NCBI GenBank assembly: GCA_030649835.1
Contig: JAUSES010000060.1
Span: 6,411-70,410, forward strand
Direction of reading: 5' to 3'
Source of the DNA: a bacterium
Lineage (GTDB): Bacteria > Patescibacteriota > Minisyncoccia > Phycocordibacterales > UBA1550
Length of the DNA stretch: 64,000 bases
Shown piece after piece: positions 18,532 through 27,509 of this stretch. The notes under the pieces are model-generated. The model was not told where the DNA came from. It saw only the letters and a list, made by a program, of their open reading frames with translations, and did not search any database. Within the stretch, counting starts at the first letter, position 1, and the number at the start of each line of letters is the position of its first letter. The translations under genes were made by a program, and so were the position numbers.

Positions 18532-19704
18532 ATGAGAAACATTATTTTAGGAATTACGGCCATTGTCATATTTATCGTAGGTTCTCTTGCGATTAGCCAT
18601 CCTTTTTTAAAAGATTCTGAAAATTATCTAGCTGTTATAGAAAAAAATGTTCAAGAGCAAATCACCAATGACGAGAGTCAAGGCGTGTATGAAAACAAAA
18701 CCGTAAAAAAGTGTGAGAACCCTGTGTTCACTTCGTATTTTATTGATCCGCAATATGTACAAAAAGTTGGACAAGTTGGTGTCGTCCATGGTTCCGGCTT
18801 ATACATAGTAGAAAGGTCATATATAAGTGTAAAGGAAAAATTTGCCGCGCAGAAAGTACCAGTATACGCTCCTTCTGACATTGAGCTCGTTGCAGGTAGT
18901 CATTATCGTGATCCTGCTGCTCCAAGTAATGCCCTACCCGATTATGCCCTGTGGTTTGACGCGGGATGTGATGTAGAAGTAAATCTAGCACACCTCAAAG
19001 AAGTTGCTCAACCGATTGCTTTACAATTACCAGATGTAAAAACAGACAGCAGGAATACACGACTAAAGCCTTTGCAATTTAAAGCTGGGGATCTCATAGG
19101 ATATTTTATTTATAGTCATGGGGATGTTGCAGGATTTGATTTTATCGTCAGAGACAAAAAGGTGTTAAATAAATTTATCAATCAAGAAAGATATTCCGAC
19201 CATAGAGCATCAAATCTTATCAATGGCGTTTGTCCTTATGATTATTATGAACCTAACAAGAAAAAAACATATTATAATTTGCTAGGCGGAGCCGGAGGAA
19301 CACTCTTCAAAACTAAAGACTGCGGAAAATCATCAAGAGATGTTGCTGGCACCATTTCGGGGATGTGGTTTTTGAGTCAAGAACCGCAGAATAACATCTA
19401 CGAAAGCTACAAGGAAGGACTGTATGGCAGTACTTTGTCTATAGTAGGAGACGAGGAAAGGATCACTATAGGTAACTTGGGAGAAAGTCGTATGTCTTGG
19501 ATATATAACAACAACCCCACCTACAAACTACCCGAACAGGTAAAGAGCGAGCACTGCTATAAGTTTGATGGGTTCACTCCAGGAGATAATAGGGGCTGGG
19601 TTTACTTTAAGTTCGTTTCAGATACACAGCTTGATGTCTTTTTTTCTCAAACAGGAACTTGCCCATACTCACTTCCGCCAAACGCCAAACGATATTATAA
19701 ATAG
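18532..19704 (+). CDS. Secreted or membrane-anchored hypothetical protein.
   Basis: It has an N-terminal TM/signal 'ILGITAIVIFIVGSLAI'. The ORF is 390 aa with no recognised domain. Confidence 0.6.
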   Translation: MRNIILGITAIVIFIVGSLAISHPFLKDSENYLAVIEKNVQEQITNDESQGVYENKTVKKCENPVFTSYFIDPQYVQKVGQVGVVHGSGLYIVERSYISVKEKFAAQKVPVYAPSDIELVAGSHYRDPAAPSNALPDYALWFDAGCDVEVNLAHLKEVAQPIALQLPDVKTDSRNTRLKPLQFKAGDLIGYFIYSHGDVAGFDFIVRDKKVLNKFINQERYSDHRASNLINGVCPYDYYEPNKKKTYYNLLGGAGGTLFKTKDCGKSSRDVAGTISGMWFLSQEPQNNIYESYKEGLYGSTLSIVGDEERITIGNLGESRMSWIYNNNPTYKLPEQVKSEHCYKFDGFTPGDNRGWVYFKFVSDTQLDVFFSQTGTCPYSLPPNAKRYYK

Positions 19705-19746
19705 ACCCTTTTAATGTAGTAAACAATGAGTGGAGCATAAAAGTAA

Positions 19747-19776
19747 GACCGTCCCCCTCGTGGACGGTTTTTACTT
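19747..19776 (+). terminator. Intrinsic terminator (gaccgtcc...ggacggt + TTTTT).
   Basis: Hairpin plus T-tract about 45 nt after the stop of ORF 18532..19704. Confidence 0.6.
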
Positions 19777-19786
19777 TTGTCATGCT

Positions 19787-19912
19787 TCCGCGCGTGTAGG
19801 GATCGAAGGGATTTTCGGTTTACGCTCGTAGCAACGAGTGCCGAAAATCCCCGTTTTCAATTTCAGTGAGTGGCGACGAACTGAAATTGAAAAAGATACC
19901 CCTACCCGCAAA
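19787..19912. repeat. Fourth copy of the structured element family: an outer 'gtaggg/ccctac' stem enclosing two hairpins. It is a possible small RNA or tRNA-derived repeat.
   Basis: tgtagggatcgaa | gggattttcgg..ccgaaaatccc | ttcaatttcag..ctgaaattgaa | gatacccctacccgc. It is homologous in layout to 18097..18205. Confidence 0.4.
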
Positions 19913-19938
19913 ACCTACAATATTTTCCAAAGAAAAAA

Positions 19939-19962
19939 GGTTGCCACGAGTGGCAACCTTTT
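19939..19962. terminator. Bidirectional hairpin terminator (ggttgccac-gag-tggcaacc), A/T-flanked.
   Basis: Perfect 9-bp stem, with 'aaaaaa' on the 5' side and 'tttt' on the 3' side. It is 20 nt beyond the stop of the minus-strand ORF 19983..20846. Confidence 0.6.
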
Positions 19963-19982
19963 AAATTAATTCAAATACCTAT

Positions 19983-20846
19983 TTACTTAATTGCCTCCAA
20001 ACAAAATGTTCCTTGTGGAGTACAGCGTTTTGGACCATCGAAGAATTTGAAGGCTACGTCAGGCACAGGATATTTGGTCTCTGTTTCATGAACGATATTG
20101 CCATCAAACATCCTGCCACACACCTCATGCGCTTTTTCGAGCGATCCTTGAATATCTTTGCAGGCATCATATTCAACTTTAAGCGCCGCTAATTTATCGC
20201 TAAAGTCTTTTATCCGCGCCACGAGCCTATTATATTTTTCGAAGTATTTGAGCCCCGCTTGATGTATTGCGTTTGCTTCACGATCGCTTTTTTCACCAAT
20301 CTGATTGAGGGTGTCAATGTTTTTAATCAACCGATCTCGGTTTGTATCGATTTCTCCCTTCCACGAATTTACCTTTTCGACAAGCGGATCTAAACGAGCT
20401 TTCTCGATCTGGCACCAATTGTATCTATTCTGATCAACAGTGCCATGGCAAACTCCATTATAAGAATCCGCTTGACCGTTTACGTTTTTTGCAAAGTCAT
20501 TTTGACTTATAATATTATCCTCATGCTTTGTATTCTCCTGCTCAAATGTAGCCCACGCATTGAAAAGAAGGTCTGCTGTCGCAAGCTGGTGTGCTTGTTT
20601 TCCTTCTAAAACTACGCCTTCTTTGTTTGCGATTTTTAAATCCCGAACAGTGCTACGAATAGAGCCAATATATAAGCTGGCTTTTGCATCCCGCGCGTGG
20701 CCTGTGTTTTCATCTGCTGGCACACCACTTGCCCCGCCCTCTGCGTGCGCAAATGCCGTCAGTGCCATCATTAAAACCAAAGTGATATACGTTTTCATTT
20801 TGAACTCCTTATGTTGAATATCTATTAAACCTACAGGCGAAATCAT
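19983..20846 (-). CDS. Secreted hypothetical protein (signal peptide). The probable start is the Met at 20798.
   Basis: 'MKTYITLVLMMALTAFAHA' is a Sec signal. The rest is Cys-containing and coiled-coil-like. Confidence 0.6.
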   Translation of the reverse strand: MISPVGLIDIQHKEFKMKTYITLVLMMALTAFAHAEGGASGVPADENTGHARDAKASLYIGSIRSTVRDLKIANKEGVVLEGKQAHQLATADLLFNAWATFEQENTKHEDNIISQNDFAKNVNGQADSYNGVCHGTVDQNRYNWCQIEKARLDPLVEKVNSWKGEIDTNRDRLIKNIDTLNQIGEKSDREANAIHQAGLKYFEKYNRLVARIKDFSDKLAALKVEYDACKDIQGSLEKAHEVCGRMFDGNIVHETETKYPVPDVAFKFFDGPKRCTPQGTFCLEAIK

Positions 20847-20889
20847 TTTACTCTGCAGGTATTCCTGACCTCAAAAAAATGATGCAAGT

Positions 20890-21243
20890 TTAATCAATCC
20901 ATATACGCCGTTCATCCAAAAAACATAAATCACTACGCGAAACCAACCTTCTTGCCTCTTCGCAATCAAGCCTTGAGGAAAAAGGGCCGCGAGTAGTGCC
21001 CACCTTGTAATAATAGGAAATAAAGTACCAATCTTCCCTTACTGGTTGAGCTGGTCTCACTTCTTTAAATATTAGTGGTACTGGCTTTTGTGTTTCCACT
21101 ACTACTGGCGCTTTTTCTATACCACATAGGGTGCAGGTGAGATCTGGCTTTAAGGTAAGTGGCAGTGGTGCCTCTGCAAAAGCGCCCGAAGTAATCAGCA
21201 AAGCGAAAAGCGAAACCAGCAACATAGCGCGTATTTTTCTCAT
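20890..21243 (-). CDS. Small secreted protein.
   Basis: Signal peptide 'MLLVSLFALLITSGAFA'. The ORF is 117 aa. Confidence 0.5.
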   Translation of the reverse strand: MRKIRAMLLVSLFALLITSGAFAEAPLPLTLKPDLTCTLCGIEKAPVVVETQKPVPLIFKEVRPAQPVREDWYFISYYYKVGTTRGPFSSRLDCEEARRLVSRSDLCFLDERRIWID

Positions 21244-21424
21244 TTCAATCTCCTTGGTTTGTAAATGTTAAGGTGCTCTGCAGGCAAAACTATTTTGCAC
21301 TGTCTGTCTGATACCATATAGATAATTATGTAGACTGTCAAGCGTACGTCCAGCTAGTGACTAGAATATGTAGAATAAACAGTTCCAAAAACCAAAAGTA
21401 AGGTAGTTGTATTCTTATGTTTAT

Positions 21425-21617
21425 GGTAAAATGAATATATGAATCCCGTTAGAGGTCCCCGCCCACTTTCGCCAGAACACAGCAAAAAGTTGTGCTCAAG
21501 TGATGGCGGGTGGGACTCAGTTTTTTAACCTGAGCCTACGGGAGTCTATATAAAAAGTTTATTTATTTACTAGATAATAATCAGCTACGGAAACGCCTAG
21601 CGTTTCCTACCTCTAAC
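21425..21617. repeat. MITE-like element, copy B, inverted relative to copy A. It abuts the start codon of the first M14 peptidase gene.
   Basis: Terminal inverted repeats 'atcccgttagaggt' (21443) and 'acctctaacgggat' (21603). The internal 85 nt are the exact RC of 6040..6127. 'tttcctacctctaacgggATGAAAAA' precedes this gene and also precedes pyk. Confidence 0.6.
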
Positions 21618-21620
21618 GGG

Positions 21621-22517
21621 ATGAAAAAAATAATTATTGCATTGGTTGTTATTGTTCTTATCGGCCTCGGTGTTTGGTTTTTTATGAATAAGAGTGCGGA
21701 GGCTCCGACTCCGGTAGTGACTGCTCCGACAACGACCACGACTGCTACAGTGGTGACAGAGGAGCCTGTTGACACCACAAGGACAGTTCTTGGAACGTCT
21801 GTTGAAAATCGCGACATCACCGCGTACCACTACGGCACCGGCGCAAAAGAAGTTTTGTTTGTTGGAGGAATTCACGGCGGTTACGAATGGAACACTGCGC
21901 TCGTGGCATATGAGCTCATGGACTACCTCACGGCAAATCCTAAGGTTATTCCAAGCAACGTAAGAGTGACTGTCATCCCCGTGCTCAACCCAGACGGTTT
22001 GAAAAAAGTTACAGGAAAAGAAGGGCGTTTTACAAAAGCTGATATCGCTACATCAGAGTCTGTCGTTGTATCTGGTCGCTTTAATGCAAGCGGTGTTGAC
22101 CTCAACCGCAACTTTGATTGTGATTGGCAGACAAAGGCAGTGTGGATGAACAAACCCGTAAGTGGCGGAAGCAAAGTATTTTCAGAACCTGAAAGTATGG
22201 CAATTAAAAACTACATAGAAACTCACAGCCCCGTAGCTACTGTCGTATGGTACAGCTCTGCAGGCGGTGTATTCTCTTCAAACTGTCACAACGGAATCCT
22301 TCCTGAAACAAAAACTCTTACAAATCTTTTTGCAAAAGCATCTGGGTACAAAGCCTACGAGACGTTTGATTTCTATGAGACTACCGGCGACATGGTAAAC
22401 TGGCTTGCAAAAAAGAACGTTCCTGCAATCAGCATTCTTCTCACCACCCACGACGATACGGAGTGGAGCAAAAACCTCGCAGGGATTAAAGCGACACTAA
22501 ACCACTACGCAAAGTAA
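21621..22517 (+). CDS. M14-family zinc carboxypeptidase (gamma-D-Glu-DAP / murein peptide carboxypeptidase-like), membrane-anchored.
   Basis: It has an N-terminal TM helix. 'FVGGIHGGYEWNTA', 'DLNRNFDCDW' and 'SEPES' are M14 zinc-binding and catalytic motifs. Confidence 0.85.
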   Translation: MKKIIIALVVIVLIGLGVWFFMNKSAEAPTPVVTAPTTTTTATVVTEEPVDTTRTVLGTSVENRDITAYHYGTGAKEVLFVGGIHGGYEWNTALVAYELMDYLTANPKVIPSNVRVTVIPVLNPDGLKKVTGKEGRFTKADIATSESVVVSGRFNASGVDLNRNFDCDWQTKAVWMNKPVSGGSKVFSEPESMAIKNYIETHSPVATVVWYSSAGGVFSSNCHNGILPETKTLTNLFAKASGYKAYETFDFYETTGDMVNWLAKKNVPAISILLTTHDDTEWSKNLAGIKATLNHYAK

Positions 22518-23408
22518 ATGAAGTTTCTTGTTTCTAAACAAGCGCTCATAATCATCAGTATTCTTGTTCTTGTTGGACTTGGGTTTTTGTTATCACTATC
22601 TCTAAAAGGCAAACCCAGCGTTCCACAACCTTTGGAAGTGTCTCCTACCCCAACTCCCCTTGTCCTTCATAAAATAATTGGAAAATCCGTACAGGGGCGC
22701 ACGATAAATGCGTACGTCTACGGAAATGGAGCTACACACCTCTTGTTTGTAGGTGGCATTCACGGCGGATACGAGTGGAACAGCGTACTTTTGGCCTATG
22801 AGGCGATGGACTATCTGAAAAAAAATCCTGACGCTGTGCCAAAAAAAATCACTGTGGCAATAATCCCCTCTGCAAATCCTGATGGACTTTTTAAGGTTGT
22901 TCAAAAAGAGGGACGCTTCTCTGTCGCGGATATTCCGACTACAAAACTGATTGAAGGTACGGGGCGTTTCAATGCGCACAATGTTGACCTCAATCGTAAT
23001 TTTGATTGCAACTGGAAACCAAAAAGCACATGGAAAAATAACGTGGTCAGTGCAGGTACAAGTGCTTTTTCTGAACCTGAAGCGCAAGCCATTAGAGATT
23101 TTGTTTTTGACTTCTCTCCCGATGCAGTGGTCTTTTGGCACAGCAAAGCAAATGCCGTATATGCGTCAGAGTGTAACAACGGTGTCCTCCCAAAAACACT
23201 AGACATCATGAATACATACGCAGGTGCATCAGGATACACTCCAATAAAGTCATTTGATGCGTACAAAGTCTCTGGTGACGCTGAAGGATGGCTTGCTTCA
23301 ATAAATATTTCTGCTATAACCGTTGAGCTAAGTACTCACGAGACGGTTGAATTGGCGCAAAACATACGCGGGATGCGAGCTCTAATTGAAAGTTATACTC
23401 ACCAATAA
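22518..23408 (+). CDS. M14-family zinc carboxypeptidase, a tandem paralog.
   Basis: 'FVGGIHGGYEWNSV', 'DLNRNFDCNW' and 'SEPEAQAI' match the upstream gene. Its start overlaps the upstream stop (TAAATG). Confidence 0.85.
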   Translation: MKFLVSKQALIIISILVLVGLGFLLSLSLKGKPSVPQPLEVSPTPTPLVLHKIIGKSVQGRTINAYVYGNGATHLLFVGGIHGGYEWNSVLLAYEAMDYLKKNPDAVPKKITVAIIPSANPDGLFKVVQKEGRFSVADIPTTKLIEGTGRFNAHNVDLNRNFDCNWKPKSTWKNNVVSAGTSAFSEPEAQAIRDFVFDFSPDAVVFWHSKANAVYASECNNGVLPKTLDIMNTYAGASGYTPIKSFDAYKVSGDAEGWLASINISAITVELSTHETVELAQNIRGMRALIESYTHQ

Positions 23409-24153
23409 TCGACCGAGATTAAAACCACATGGATACATTCTCGATGCCCTCCCTTAGAGCTACTATTACATTTGCAGCAATCAACACCCTCTGTTACACA
23501 ATCCAGGGGGTGTTGATTGCCTTCATTACTCGTATTATTGGTTCTTTTTTCCTCTTTCGAGAAGTAACACATATCCACACACTAAACACCATTGGTCACA
23601 GTGATCTGCTCCCTACTTACAAAAATATACACATAAAAGCTTCGCGTGATTACTCAGACTCATCTTCGTCTGTGGACACTTCAGACTTGCCACCTGAGGG
23701 ACTCGCGTTTCCATTATTGTCTTTAGTGGTTGGATGATCATGACTCTGTTGTTTACCATTCTTTTCGTTGGCATGATCGTTATTGTTGTCGCTCCTTGCA
23801 TCTATTGCCTTTTTATTATCATGTGTATGTATCATAATTTTTTCAAATTAAACGAATAAAAAAGTACGACCTTTCAACAATACTGCCGACAATGTATCGA
23901 AATTATTACACATCTATATCAGATTCTGGAGAACAACCATCACCTCAAGCAGGTGGTTTTGTGTTAACAATTCAAAAATAATGATTGCACTATTTGACTC
24001 TTACCACAAACGATGAGTTACGAATTTTTTTAATGACAGTAAAACGGTAAATTCAGAAAAAACCGTACCAACACCTTGTAACGATTTCCAATTAGCGACG
24101 GCTTCCTTGGTACTGGTCGAATGAAAAAATAACTAAATGAATAATTTAAAAAT

Positions 24154-24396
24154 ATGTCAACAATTATAAACACACCACAGCGCACTGATGATTCGAGTTC
24201 CAGCCTAGGGCTGCTCATTGGTATAATTTTTGCAATTGCAATCATTAGCCTATTTTTCTTTTATGCTGTTCCTGCGATAAGAAATAACACGATACCCGCT
24301 AGCCAACAACCATCGCAAAGTAGCACACTAGACGTTAATGTAAAACTCCCCGCATCAAGCGAAGGAAAAACAACACAGACAAGTCAGCCTCAATAG
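24154..24396 (+). CDS. Small membrane protein (one TM helix, Ser/Gln-rich tail).
   Basis: 80-aa ORF before a strong terminator. There is no clear RBS. Confidence 0.35.
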   Translation: MSTIINTPQRTDDSSSSLGLLIGIIFAIAIISLFFFYAVPAIRNNTIPASQQPSQSSTLDVNVKLPASSEGKTTQTSQPQ

Positions 24397-24476
24397 GCAC
24401 AGAAGTTTTTAAAGAACTTTAATGCTTTAAATTACTTCGTCCGAGACACCACTCTGATTGCCTGCGTCTCTTATAA

Positions 24477-24532
24477 AACTGGGGGTATGCAGTGTGAAAG
24501 ATAATATCTTTCACACTGCATACCCCCAGTTT
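24477..24532. terminator. Long perfect hairpin (about 24-bp arms) plus T-tract, a bidirectional terminator.
   Basis: ctgggggtatgcagtgtgaaagat-aat-atctttcacactgcatacccccag followed by tttt. It lies between convergent ORFs. Confidence 0.65.
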
Positions 24533-24610
24533 TATTAGCCGTCAAACCATACCATGATGGAGCGACACCTTTTGTTGCAGAAAAATTAGATTAATTTTTG
24601 CCTTTTAGAT

Positions 24611-25363
24611 CTAGAAGTCGTAGCGATTTAAAAGCATATTCACGCGGATATTTATTAGCTCCATAAAGGAATGGGCGTATGAAAATGTCGTAACCTTTGA
24701 GCCTGCTGGATTTATCCATGTTACAGCAATTTCCTTGATACGATAATTTAACATGCGCGCAAGAAAAAGGAGTTCCATATCAAAACCGAACCGATTCACT
24801 CGTTGCAACGAGAACAGTTTTTGAGCTGCTTTTGCAGAAAATAATTTAAATCCCCGTTGCGTATCATGTATATCTATATTTATAATCATCGATCTAACAA
24901 ATTTTGTTATTTTTCTCAGAAACTTCCTGTGCAACCCGCTATTATCAATCACTCTATCGGTGACGGGGAGCATAATTGATCCGATAACGATGTCATATCC
25001 GGATTCTGCATACAATAAAAATTTTGAGACATGATCAATAGTCACCGAGTTATCAGCATCCATAAAAAGTCGATACTCCCCGATCGCGGACGTCATCCCT
25101 ACCTTTACAGCGTACCCTTTTCCGCGATTTTCAGGATAACTAATAATCCTAATATTTGGGAATTGTTCTACATATTTTCTAACCACGTGAATAAGGGAGT
25201 CCGTAGAACCGTCATCAACAACAATAATCTCACTTGTGTATAATTGCTGTTTTAAAAATACCGTAACATTGTAAAGCGTCACGCCAATTCGCCTCGACTC
25301 ATTGTATGCAGGAATAACGACAGATAAATACACTCCGTGTTTCTGAGTCGTAAATTTTTTCAT
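24611..25363 (-). CDS. GT2 family glycosyltransferase (polyprenyl-phosphate sugar transferase, DPM1-like).
   Basis: 'LSVVIPAYNE...IIVVDDGSTD' and the 'DAD' motif are present. Confidence 0.85.
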   Translation of the reverse strand: MKKFTTQKHGVYLSVVIPAYNESRRIGVTLYNVTVFLKQQLYTSEIIVVDDGSTDSLIHVVRKYVEQFPNIRIISYPENRGKGYAVKVGMTSAIGEYRLFMDADNSVTIDHVSKFLLYAESGYDIVIGSIMLPVTDRVIDNSGLHRKFLRKITKFVRSMIINIDIHDTQRGFKLFSAKAAQKLFSLQRVNRFGFDMELLFLARMLNYRIKEIAVTWINPAGSKVTTFSYAHSFMELINIRVNMLLNRYDF

Positions 25364-25377
25364 AGTAGAATGTGAAA

Positions 25378-25863
25378 TTAAGCAGTGCTCGCGGTAGGAT
25401 TTTCCTCTATCTTAAATACAAGATACTTGTAGGCAACGTAGTTCCACCAAAGGCAGACCGCAGTTCCCAAGAGTGCACCTAGGTTTCCCGCAACCAACAG
25501 TGAAATGTCTGGATAGGTGCTTACCAGCCATGCAAAAACCACTGTGGACACCAAGACATTTACACCCAAACTGACGAGGCATGAAAAAATAAAATTTACT
25601 TTTTCACTAATTACCTTCTTTCCACTACTCAGCGACTTAAAAACATAATATTTATTGAGAAAGTAGCTATTTGTTGAAGCAGCACTAAAGGCAATAATTT
25701 TGTATGCCATGTACACGAGTGATGATGGTGCAGGCGCGATAAACAGTAAAATACTAATAATCGAAAAATCCACGGCTGTGTTACTACAACCTGTAATCAA
25801 GAATTTTCCAACTTGCCCGATTTTCCTTTCGCTCAATATTGTAGGTTGATAATTGGAATTCAT
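25378..25863 (-). CDS. GtrA-family membrane protein (putative lipid-linked sugar flippase component).
   Basis: 161 aa with 4 TM helices. 'GKFLITGCSNTAVDFSI' is the GtrA motif. It is directly upstream of the GT2 gene. Confidence 0.8.
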   Translation of the reverse strand: MNSNYQPTILSERKIGQVGKFLITGCSNTAVDFSIISILLFIAPAPSSLVYMAYKIIAFSAASTNSYFLNKYYVFKSLSSGKKVISEKVNFIFSCLVSLGVNVLVSTVVFAWLVSTYPDISLLVAGNLGALLGTAVCLWWNYVAYKYLVFKIEENPTASTA

Positions 25864-26055
25864 AAAATTGAAATAAAATAAAAAAATTTTAAAGCACGGT
25901 CGGCGTTATACAATTCCTATGTTCAATCATTCTGAGCTGTTACCCAATGTGTAATGTTACTGCCGACCTCGCGTCTTAGATATTACAGAAAAAATATTAC
26001 AAGCTCCCCTTTCCTTTATTAATAAAAATAACTACATACTAATTTACGATTTATC

Positions 26056-27504
26056 ATGGGGACATCTATCCTTGCTTTCAATATCGCGCAGGCATCAGAA
26101 CACAACATATATGACAGCATTGCGATGAACCATCCGTTTGATGCGGTTTTCAGCATGCTTGGGGAAACGAGTCTTTTGATAGGCATCATTCTCCTTGTTC
26201 CGCTCCTCTATCGAAAATCCCGTGCTCTCTACAATAAAACCAGTGATGAGAAAATTGCCCAACAAGATAGAATAGGTGAGTCACATTTTCGCATCATTGC
26301 ATTTTTTCTCATTTGTATTGGTGTGCTATTTATTCTTCTTTCTACATATCTACGAAGTAGTGCCTCACGAATTCCACTCACTTTTTCAACACGGGCAATG
26401 TCAGAGGCGCTTTGGGAAACATACAAGAAAACATACATTGATCACGAGACACAACGAACTTTCGATCCAAGTCGTGAAAATATTACAACTTCAGAGGCAC
26501 AGAGCTACACGATGTTCAGAGCAGTATTGCTTGACGACAAAGAAACCTTTGATAAAAGCTGGAAGTGGACAAAAGAAAACCTGTCTCGCAAGGACGATGC
26601 ACTATTTGCTTGGAAATTTGAAGAGGGTGCAGACGGCACATACGGAATACAAGAGCATGAGGGCGGGCAAAATACTGCCTCAGATGCTGATACTGATATT
26701 GCGCTATCGCTTATCTTTGCATACGCACGGTGGCATGAACCACACTACATTAAAAGCGCAGAAGCAATAGTACGTGCAATATGGGAGCACGAGGTAGTAA
26801 CGGTAAGCGGTAAGCCATACCTTACTGCAAACAACATAGAGAAGGATTCTGGAAAAAATTTTGTAATCCTGAATCCATCATATTTTGCACCCTATGCATA
26901 TCGTACCTTTTCAAAAATAGATCCGGACCATCCATGGCTTGATCTCGTAGACAGCTCCTATGCGGTGATAGAGCAGTCTCTGCTATCGACACTAAACAAA
27001 CAAGCGAGCGTCGAGTTGATCCCAGACTGGATAATACTTGACACGATTACTGGAAAAATATCAGCAACAAATTCAGATCATCTTACTACGGACTATAGTT
27101 ATGACGCGATGCGCTTACCATGGAGGCTCGCCGTTGACTGGAAATGGAACCGAGAAGAGCGCGCTCAAAACATTTTATCTAAAAACGCATTTCTACTAGA
27201 CCGTTGGCAAAGCGACAAAAAATTATACAGTGCGTATGGACATGACGGTACTTTAAATTACAAATACGAGGCTCCTGCGATCTACGGAGGTACACTAGGA
27301 TACTTTGTTGTAACAAATGAGGAGGTCGCAGAGGCTATGTATAGAGAGAAGCTACTTATTCTGTTTGACCCAGACAACAATACATGGCGCGAACCACTAA
27401 GCTACTATGATGATAATTGGGTTTGGCTTGGTATGGCTCTCTATAATGATCATGTCCCAAACCTCGCTGAGAGACTCTCTTATGTAACTATCGATGTTAA
27501 TTAA
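26056..27504 (+). CDS. Glycoside hydrolase family 8 (BcsZ-like endo-beta-1,4-glucanase) with an N-terminal TM helix.
   Basis: The GH8 signature 'ASDADTDIALSLIFAYARW' is present, plus 'TSEAQSYTMF'. Confidence 0.8.
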   Translation: MGTSILAFNIAQASEHNIYDSIAMNHPFDAVFSMLGETSLLIGIILLVPLLYRKSRALYNKTSDEKIAQQDRIGESHFRIIAFFLICIGVLFILLSTYLRSSASRIPLTFSTRAMSEALWETYKKTYIDHETQRTFDPSRENITTSEAQSYTMFRAVLLDDKETFDKSWKWTKENLSRKDDALFAWKFEEGADGTYGIQEHEGGQNTASDADTDIALSLIFAYARWHEPHYIKSAEAIVRAIWEHEVVTVSGKPYLTANNIEKDSGKNFVILNPSYFAPYAYRTFSKIDPDHPWLDLVDSSYAVIEQSLLSTLNKQASVELIPDWIILDTITGKISATNSDHLTTDYSYDAMRLPWRLAVDWKWNREERAQNILSKNAFLLDRWQSDKKLYSAYGHDGTLNYKYEAPAIYGGTLGYFVVTNEEVAEAMYREKLLILFDPDNNTWREPLSYYDDNWVWLGMALYNDHVPNLAERLSYVTIDVN

Positions 27505-27509
27505 CAATC

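Noticed and set aside
17760-21420. Direct repeat of the tRNA-Asn 3' end marking attR of the island
   Set aside because: No same-strand copy of 'ttcgatccctacccgcggagcca' was found. Only reverse-complement T-arm-like 12-14-mers and a 10-nt match at 19899 occur. Serine recombinases do not generate long direct repeats, so their absence is uninformative.
23429-23835. Two mutually overlapping small ORFs (102 aa +, 61 aa -). The minus one is His/Asp/Asn-rich and hydrophilic.
   Set aside because: Neither has a convincing start context or a recognisable domain, and they overlap each other. I cannot tell which, if either, is real.
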